Below, one piece after another: positions 48,164 through 54,004 of a DNA stretch of 54,004 nucleotides. The position numbers were made by a program, and so were the translations under genes. Location of the stretch: the IMG/VR virus record IMGVR_UViG_3300030060_005186; one strand, given 5' to 3'. The notes beneath the pieces are model-generated. The model worked only from the letters and a program-made list of their open reading frames with translations, made no database searches and had not been told where the DNA came from. The DNA comes from an uncultured virus (IMG/VR IMGVR_UViG_3300030060_005186). Lineage: Duplodnaviria > Heunggongvirae > Uroviricota > Caudoviricetes. Position 1 is the stretch's first letter. Each line of letters begins with the position of its first letter.

Positions 48164-48244
48164 CGTGAGGGAGGAGTAGTTTTTACAGTTCATTTTGTTT
48201 GCTTCTGTGGTCCTAACACTCTTCTTCCCTTATCCTCCCTCACG
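48164..48244 (+). ncRNA. Putative small RNA: 12-bp terminal stem enclosing a pyrimidine-rich loop
   Basis: CGTGAGGGAGGA (48164-48175) pairs with TCCTCCCTCACG (48233-48244); intergenic. Confidence 0.45.
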
Positions 48245-48300
48245 GCCCATCCACATCTTAAGCAGAAACTCTCATATTTGACACCCTTCGTGCGTCACAT

Positions 48301-48657
48301 ATGGATGACTACGAGCCATGTTCTTGCTGCACTCCCATGCAACAGGCATCCATGGCTTTGCTAGACACTCACTTTGAGAAGGGCAAGAAGAAATCAAAAC
48401 CTTTCCACGGGTACAACCCGAACCGGCACAGCAAGAAAGGCGGACTGAACGCCAAGGGCCGTGCTAAGTTCAAAAGGGAAGAGGGTGCGAACCTCAAGCC
48501 ACCTGTTACTACCAAGCCATCGAAACTCAAGGCTGGTAGCAAGAAAGCCAAGAGGAGAAAATCATTCTGTGCTCGCATGGGTGGTGTGAAAGGACCGACG
48601 AGTAAAGGAGGTAAACTCACACCCAAAGGCGCTGCTCTCAAGAGGTGGAATTGCTGA
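48301..48657 (+). CDS. Small highly basic protein (RRKSFCARM motif)
   Basis: Lys/Arg-rich; RRKSFCARM...RWNC motif familiar from marine phage proteins. Confidence 0.75.
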   Translation: MDDYEPCSCCTPMQQASMALLDTHFEKGKKKSKPFHGYNPNRHSKKGGLNAKGRAKFKREEGANLKPPVTTKPSKLKAGSKKAKRRKSFCARMGGVKGPTSKGGKLTPKGAALKRWNC

Positions 48658-48845
48658 TGGCTTGTGATTGTCCTGAGTGCACAGGTTTGGAAGTAGCGTG
48701 GGACATGCTCGAGAAGAAACTCTGCCCTGAAGGTAAAGCAGCAGCCAAGAGGAAGTTCAAAGTCTACCCCTCTGCATACGCCAATGGTTGGGCAGTGCAG
48801 TATTGCAGAGGAAAATTCCGCAAGAAAGGAAAGAAGAAAAAATGA
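48657..48845 (+). CDS. Small basic protein (FKVYPSAYA motif)
   Basis: TGATG overlap; Lys-rich. Confidence 0.7.
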   Translation: MACDCPECTGLEVAWDMLEKKLCPEGKAAAKRKFKVYPSAYANGWAVQYCRGKFRKKGKKKK

Positions 48846-49012
48846 AACTCAAAAGAAAATCTTGCTGTTGTGGGGGAACTGAAAAGACACCTTGTGTTTG
48901 CATGGTTAATGGGGTGATGAATTGTTCAGCGACATCACCCAAGTGTCCTTGTTATGCTTTAATTGACAAACAAAAAAGCATCAAGAAAATGGTAGGAGTT
49001 TCGAGATTTTGA
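48842..49012 (+). CDS. Small Cys-rich basic protein
   Basis: CCC..PCVC..C..CPC; ATGA overlap. Confidence 0.55.
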   Translation: MKLKRKSCCCGGTEKTPCVCMVNGVMNCSATSPKCPCYALIDKQKSIKKMVGVSRF

Positions 49013-49311
49013 TGACCGAAAAAGAAGTGCAGAAGAATCTCAATCGTTGGTTCAAGGAGAAGTGGGTCGACGTCTCTAGAAAAGACAAGAGCGGTAAGCA
49101 CCCACCATGTGGTCGTAGCAAGGCCAAGAAGTCAAGTAAGGGATATCCGAAGTGCCGACCGTCTGTCAAAGTCTCCTCCAAAACACCAGAGACATCGCGG
49201 GGCATGTCCGATAAGGAAAAGAAGGCTGCAACTAGAAGGAAGAGGTCTAAGAAGCAGGGAGTAGGTGGCAAGCCAACCATCGTGAAAATGGTAGGAGTGA
49301 GACGAGCATGA
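49012..49311 (+). CDS. Small basic protein (RWFKEKWVD...CGR...YPKCRP motif)
   Basis: Lys-rich; conserved-looking motif; TGATG overlap. Confidence 0.7.
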   Translation: MTEKEVQKNLNRWFKEKWVDVSRKDKSGKHPPCGRSKAKKSSKGYPKCRPSVKVSSKTPETSRGMSDKEKKAATRRKRSKKQGVGGKPTIVKMVGVRRA

Positions 49312-49528
49312 ACAGTTCAAAAATACCACAGGGTAATGATAACTCCAGTTTTTGGAGCACCACTCCGCAAGTCTGAAATAGAAGCAGTGTAGTTTCTACA
49401 CCTGTATGGAATACGGGCGGGTAATGACTTGGTCTCTCAAGAAGATAGGGGTGCTGATTTAGAGAGACTGATGGCCGCCCATCCCGATTGGGACTGGGAC
49501 TATTGGGTAGCACAAGTAGAGTGATAGT

Positions 49529-49651
49529 ATGGAATATTCACCCTTCCTACCTGTCTACATATTGATGGGATTCTTTCTTTTCTGTGCCACGTTTCTTCTA
49601 GTGAATGAGTTCAAACACCTAGCAGAATACTTTCGAGGTGAAGATACATGA
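49529..49651 (+). CDS. Small membrane peptide (40 aa)
   Basis: Not in ORF track; hydrophobic FLPVYILMGFFLFCATFLLV. Confidence 0.45.
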   Translation: MEYSPFLPVYILMGFFLFCATFLLVNEFKHLAEYFRGEDT

Positions 49652-49803
49652 TAGACATGGCTTTCGTGAGTAACATCATCTCTGATGTCTCGATTGAGAT
49701 TCCAATGGAATTCTACTATCCATACTTGACTGTATTAATCATGGGCACAACAGCATGGCTTGGGAGACTAGACATCTTAGCCATGCGTGCATATCTAGAA
49801 TGA
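49648..49803 (+). CDS. Small hydrophobic peptide (51 aa)
   Basis: Not in ORF track; GAGGTGA RBS; its stop abuts the convergent gene's stop. Confidence 0.45.
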   Translation: MIDMAFVSNIISDVSIEIPMEFYYPYLTVLIMGTTAWLGRLDILAMRAYLE

Positions 49804-49995
49804 TTAGCAACCCATTTTGCACATGCCCTTGTCAAGAGGTTTACCGCAGTTCTTGCAGCATGGTTTTGATTTCTTGACACCGCACATGCCACCCTTACCG
49901 ACATCGGCAGTCTTGGTAGGCTTCTTGGGATTCTTACCTCCCATTGGATTCAATGCGATTACTATGGCGACCTTGCCTTTCTTTTTCTTAGACAT
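49804..49995 (-). CDS. Small basic Cys-containing protein
   Basis: Lys-rich; CCKNC...C. Confidence 0.6.
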   Translation of the reverse strand: MSKKKKGKVAIVIALNPMGGKNPKKPTKTADVGKGGMCGVKKSKPCCKNCGKPLDKGMCKMGC

Positions 49996-50986
49996 TCTTG
50001 CGCCCCCTTATACCAACGCGGTTAGTTCCACCTTCTAAACCTCTCCCCTCGTCATCACCCATGTCTGCGAAGAAGTCCGGGTCAAGGAGTGGGTTGTCAT
50101 CCTCTCCTCTGACATTCACTGGACGACCCTCCTCTTCAGCCTGCTTCCTATTGGCTATCTTCGCTCGCTCTGCAGCGAGTCGCTCTCTGTTACTGTCAAT
50201 CTTACGCCGGTCAATCTCGTCTTGACTCATTGTGGCTAAGGACTGCTCTTTCCTATCCGGCAGCACTCTAGCAGCCTGATGTAGAGGGCTGTCCTTGTAA
50301 GGTTCCCTATCGCCACGTGCTCCCCTCTTGGCGTCACTCACGATGTCTCCCCGTGCACCGAGGTCATCTCGGTAATAGTCTAGAGGGTCGATGGCCTCTT
50401 CCACTTTGCTTGGGCGCTTCATGCTTGCAGTAAGAACGCGACGAAGAGCCGACTCCGCTTCTTGGGCTCGAGATACTCTTCGTTGCAAATTTCTTTGTAC
50501 TGGTGACTTGTCTCCTTCCACGTTCAACGAGCCCATCTGCTCCTTTGGGACTTTGAATCGCTTCTTGCCTGTTGTACTACCTTGAGTGTACCCCCCTTTG
50601 CTCTGACGTATTCTACGAATCTGACTCTCTGCTGCTTCTCTGACACGGCTAGGATGTCTATCGCCCATCAACACTTTCAGCGCCTGCTTCAGCCCTACCT
50701 CGTTTACGAGTGCTTCTTGTGAATCGGCCATGTCCCTGCTACCTGCATCGCTACCGGCACCGAAGTCATCTAACATAGGGTGGTTGACAGGGACATCCTC
50801 TCTCGGCTGTCCTGCCAATGGGTTTGTCTCAGGTGTGAAGGGGTCTCTGATGCTGCCCTCCCTCAGAGAGGAACGTGCACCTGCTCCTAAGTCGCCTACA
50901 CCTCCCGTTGGTAACGTGAAAATCTCACTCTCCTCAAAGCGAGTGTCCTTCTTGCTAATCTCATCATCAACTACCGCATCAATCAT
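49988..50986 (-). CDS. Hypothetical charged, probably disordered protein
   Basis: GGAGG RBS; overlap coupling. Confidence 0.7.
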   Translation of the reverse strand: MIDAVVDDEISKKDTRFEESEIFTLPTGGVGDLGAGARSSLREGSIRDPFTPETNPLAGQPREDVPVNHPMLDDFGAGSDAGSRDMADSQEALVNEVGLKQALKVLMGDRHPSRVREAAESQIRRIRQSKGGYTQGSTTGKKRFKVPKEQMGSLNVEGDKSPVQRNLQRRVSRAQEAESALRRVLTASMKRPSKVEEAIDPLDYYRDDLGARGDIVSDAKRGARGDREPYKDSPLHQAARVLPDRKEQSLATMSQDEIDRRKIDSNRERLAAERAKIANRKQAEEEGRPVNVRGEDDNPLLDPDFFADMGDDEGRGLEGGTNRVGIRGRKNV

Positions 50987-51153
50987 GCTCTGTCCCTCCT
51001 AGGCTTCTGCCATAGAGCACCACACTCCGTGCACTCCCATATGAGTATGCGAGTCCCACGCTCGTTGACATATCGACCCTCTATTCTCTTGGCGAGAATA
51101 TCTTGAGAGCATTGGGGGCATGTCTGACTCAACCTCTGAAGTAATTGCCCCAT
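50983..51153 (-). CDS. Zn-ribbon protein
   Basis: CPQC...CTEC. Confidence 0.65.
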   Translation of the reverse strand: MGQLLQRLSQTCPQCSQDILAKRIEGRYVNERGTRILIWECTECGALWQKPRRDRA

Positions 51154-51154
51154 G

Positions 51155-51460
51155 CTATTCTTCCTCACCGGCCTTCAAGTCATGTTCGGCATACTCAAAC
51201 CCAGAGCGGGTACGCAGATTAAGGTATGCCTGTTCTACGATATTGTGCATGGAGTCCAACTCCAAGTCAAACCTGTACTCCCTGAACCTCTCGACTGCAC
51301 GGAAGCCAGCCTCGTAGGTCTTCTTGTCAGCGAAGATAGCGCCGTAGTACTCCACCTCGTACCCCTCTGATTTCTTTCTCGCTGTCATCTCTCGAATGAT
51401 TGCGTAAGCCTTGGGGCATTCGACACCAGACTTGGTCAGGTAAGGGAATATCAGGGCCAT
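51155..51460 (-). CDS. Hypothetical protein (tail-gene neighbourhood)
   Basis: Tightly packed between neighbours. Confidence 0.65.
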   Translation of the reverse strand: MALIFPYLTKSGVECPKAYAIIREMTARKKSEGYEVEYYGAIFADKKTYEAGFRAVERFREYRFDLELDSMHNIVEQAYLNLRTRSGFEYAEHDLKAGEEE

Positions 51461-51461
51461 G

Positions 51462-51788
51462 TCAATTCATCCATGAGGGTTTAGCAGGTATGTTAGCGTG
51501 TGCTTCTTCTGGTGTGTCGTAGTCGTTTGGTAGATTTAACAGTGCTTGTCTGTACTCTGCTAGTTCAGTCTGTTGTGTGGCTGAGAGGCTGTTGTACAGC
51601 AGCACCCCTTGGTAGACATCCATTTGTCTCAACAGATAGTCCCTCTCCGTCCTGAAATCGTACCATGCTTGCTCCAGTCTATCCTCATCTGTTATTGACT
51701 CATCGTAGTATGGCCCTGATACAGAAGGGGGGTTGACCCATGTCACATTACCCTCTTCATCTACCTCCCTAGTTGTTTGATGTTCCAT
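51462..51788 (-). CDS. Tail fibre assembly chaperone-like protein
   Basis: WxxxRxERDxLL..D...YRQALLNLP motif; directly downstream of the fibre gene. Confidence 0.75.
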   Translation of the reverse strand: MEHQTTREVDEEGNVTWVNPPSVSGPYYDESITDEDRLEQAWYDFRTERDYLLRQMDVYQGVLLYNSLSATQQTELAEYRQALLNLPNDYDTPEEAHANIPAKPSWMN

Positions 51789-51797
51789 GTTATTACC

Positions 51798-54004
51798 TCA
51801 AAAGTTTCCTGTGTGTCTCGTGTACCATACATCGAATCTCACTGCGTTCTGTATATCCAGTGTCCCCGATTCTCTCCTTACCGAGTATGTCTGGTTCTTA
51901 TCCATCTGAATATCCAAACCCGTAGAGACATACACATAGATGTTCCCATGCATATTCGTCATGTCGTTATTTACATCGAAGGTGAAGTTTGAAACTACGT
52001 TAGCAGGATTTCCGCTATGGAAGAATCTCCACGTTTGGTCTGTCGTACTGCTTGTTGAGGTATTGAACGAATATGTGACCACAACTGCTCTCAGTTTGGC
52101 ATCGTATGGTAGGGTGAAGGAATTTAAGGTTCCTACGCCATTGTGTGATGCGTTAATCAGCCCTGAACCCTGCCCTGTTGCGGTCCCATAACTATGCTTC
52201 ATAAACGTCTCCTTCTCCCAAGTGTTCCACCCATTAGGCCCGCTTACCGTGACCGCCCCACCTGATACGCTGATTGAGGGTATGGCCCCGTCTGTTCTAT
52301 CCGTTGTGACCTCAAGCGTAGGGTTGTCTGCATACACGCTGTCCTCATGCAGTTTCAGCAAAGGTACTGTTGTGGCTGATTCGTTCCTGTAAACGTGAAG
52401 CACACCATTGGGGCTTGTATCTCCTATACCGACCCGATGGTTGGTCCCGTCTAGTGTCATCACTTCCACCAAGTCAGCGGCATCTCCACTAACACTGTAA
52501 CCCGTATCGGTAAAGAAACGCAAGTCAGGGGTCCCATCAGGTGAGTAGATTAACCAACTATCTAATGAGTCTGACATTACTTGTACGCCTGCGTTGTCAT
52601 CAGTCGATTCGAGTTTGAGATATTGAAGCCCTGAGCCTTTGACGTGTAGAGAAGTGTCAGGGCTATTAGTGCCTATGCCGACCTGACCATCATATGTGAT
52701 TCGCATCCTCTCAGCAGGTGCGGCATCTGACGTTGCACTCCTAGTATTGAAAAGAAGGTTAGCCCTGTAATCACCATTGTCAATCTCTTCGGCGGTGAAA
52801 CTCACACTAGGGTTAGCATCACTACTAAAGTGAGTAAGGCCAACGTGAACCTTGCCTTGAACAGAACCGCTTGTCCCACCTGCGGTTGAGAATAACGCTA
52901 CTGTCTCATCGTTAGCAGAACCTACGACATGAAGCAGTTTGTCGGGACTCTCAGTGCCTATACCGACCTTACCCGCCGGAGTTATAGTCATCTTGTTGGA
53001 GTTGTTTGCTCTAATGGCGAAATTGTTGTTGCTCGCAGAACCAACGAATCCCGTTCCGCTTGTTGAGCCAAGGACTACGCTCTCACTACCTGTTGGCTCT
53101 TGGATTTTGATGAAGGCATCATTACCGCTACCCTCAAATCTCGCCGCCTCGTTGTTTCCACCTGCGACATGGAAGGGAACTGCGGGACTCGTAGTGCCTA
53201 TTCCGACATTACCAGCAGAAGTAATTCTCATTCTTTCATTACTACCCGCAGTAAAGAACCTAACATTCTGATAAGATGCAGAATTGTTTCCACCATCATC
53301 AGCATACAAATCTAGGTTAAAGTCCGACTTGATTGAGCCGACAGAACCGCTAGTGTCAAACTTGAGATAGCCTGAACCGCTTGTTAGATGAAGCGTTGCA
53401 TCAGGACTTTCATTGCCTATTCCGACATTACCATCACCTCGGAAGAACATTATTGGTGCGCTATTTCCTGCCCAAGACGAAATCCCTGTTCCAATGTAAA
53501 TACCGTTTCCTGTCTCTCCACCACCTGCGAAGTTTCCAAAGATACCAAACTCAATGTCTGCTTGGTCTTGTTCAGAGAAGTTAATCAAAGCGGCATCATC
53601 ACCGCCTCTTACTATATTCAATTCAGCAGGAGAGTTAGTTGTTGAACCAATATTTACTGCTGTGGCAAATGTTGTCTTAGGAGCAACTGTAATAACAGCA
53701 TCTTCAACCTTGAATCTACTAGTGCCATTTGTCTTCAAGTCTATTTGATTACCTGCACCTGCGGCAATAATATCCAGCCCTGTTCCATCTGTGATTAGAC
53801 GAACATCGAAATCATCTGATGTGCTATTCTTCATATCAATGTAAGCACCAGCATTACCTTGTATCTCATGGCGACCATATCCAGTCGAAGTGATATTTAG
53901 TAGTCCAGAAGGGTCGTATGTCAAAGTTGATTCGACATCTATTGTAGAAGCACCACCATATGTCAAAAGACCATTAGCGGTTGAACCACTGAATGATATT
54001 CCAT
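51798..54004 (-). CDS. Tail fibre protein, partial (5' end beyond window)
   Basis: Five GxVGIG..SP...LHV repeats preceded by (R)MxI; G/S/T/N-rich; frame open to the window end. Confidence 0.85.
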   Translation of the reverse strand, partial: GISFSGSTANGLLTYGGASTIDVESTLTYDPSGLLNITSTGYGRHEIQGNAGAYIDMKNSTSDDFDVRLITDGTGLDIIAAGAGNQIDLKTNGTSRFKVEDAVITVAPKTTFATAVNIGSTTNSPAELNIVRGGDDAALINFSEQDQADIEFGIFGNFAGGGETGNGIYIGTGISSWAGNSAPIMFFRGDGNVGIGNESPDATLHLTSGSGYLKFDTSGSVGSIKSDFNLDLYADDGGNNSASYQNVRFFTAGSNERMRITSAGNVGIGTTSPAVPFHVAGGNNEAARFEGSGNDAFIKIQEPTGSESVVLGSTSGTGFVGSASNNNFAIRANNSNKMTITPAGKVGIGTESPDKLLHVVGSANDETVALFSTAGGTSGSVQGKVHVGLTHFSSDANPSVSFTAEEIDNGDYRANLLFNTRSATSDAAPAERMRITYDGQVGIGTNSPDTSLHVKGSGLQYLKLESTDDNAGVQVMSDSLDSWLIYSPDGTPDLRFFTDTGYSVSGDAADLVEVMTLDGTNHRVGIGDTSPNGVLHVYRNESATTVPLLKLHEDSVYADNPTLEVTTDRTDGAIPSISVSGGAVTVSGPNGWNTWEKETFMKHSYGTATGQGSGLINASHNGVGTLNSFTLPYDAKLRAVVVTYSFNTSTSSTTDQTWRFFHSGNPANVVSNFTFDVNNDMTNMHGNIYVYVSTGLDIQMDKNQTYSVRRESGTLDIQNAVRFDVWYTRHTGNF

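Noticed and set aside
48120..48300. tRNA genes in the intergenic gaps
   Set aside because: No cloverleaf or T-loop GTTCRA in suitable context found by eye

Overview
This window is part of a tailed dsDNA archaeal virus genome. Its gene set (PolB, PriS-PriL primase, clamp and clamp loader, XPF nuclease, group II chaperonin, tail fibre) and its archaeal TATA boxes and GGTGA/GGAGG RBSs most resemble viruses of Marine Group II Euryarchaeota (magrovirus-like; this is an inference). Layout: (1) 1-10776, minus strand: an Arf-like small GTPase with membrane-protein neighbours, a 2713-aa giant protein and a ParB/Srx-like protein. (2) 10777-11093: a divergent control region with repeated CATAYGG motifs. 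(3) 11094-48119, plus strand: accessory genes (PPDK/PEP-synthase-like phosphohistidine enzyme, CX5R phosphatase, pyrimidine-dimer glycosylase, DUF932, HARP-SNF2), then the replication module and chaperonin. (4) 48301-50000: a cluster of small basic proteins. (5) Minus-strand tail genes running to the window end. Most notable: the viral Arf-like GTPase operon, a dikinase-like/phosphatase pair, a 37-aa tandem PIP-box microprotein after PolB that the ORF track missed, non-canonical PolB motifs next to an Nmad1-like gene, two structured intergenic RNAs, and a shared (A)WxxLK-type terminal motif. All family assignments come from motif recognition by eye, not database searches.
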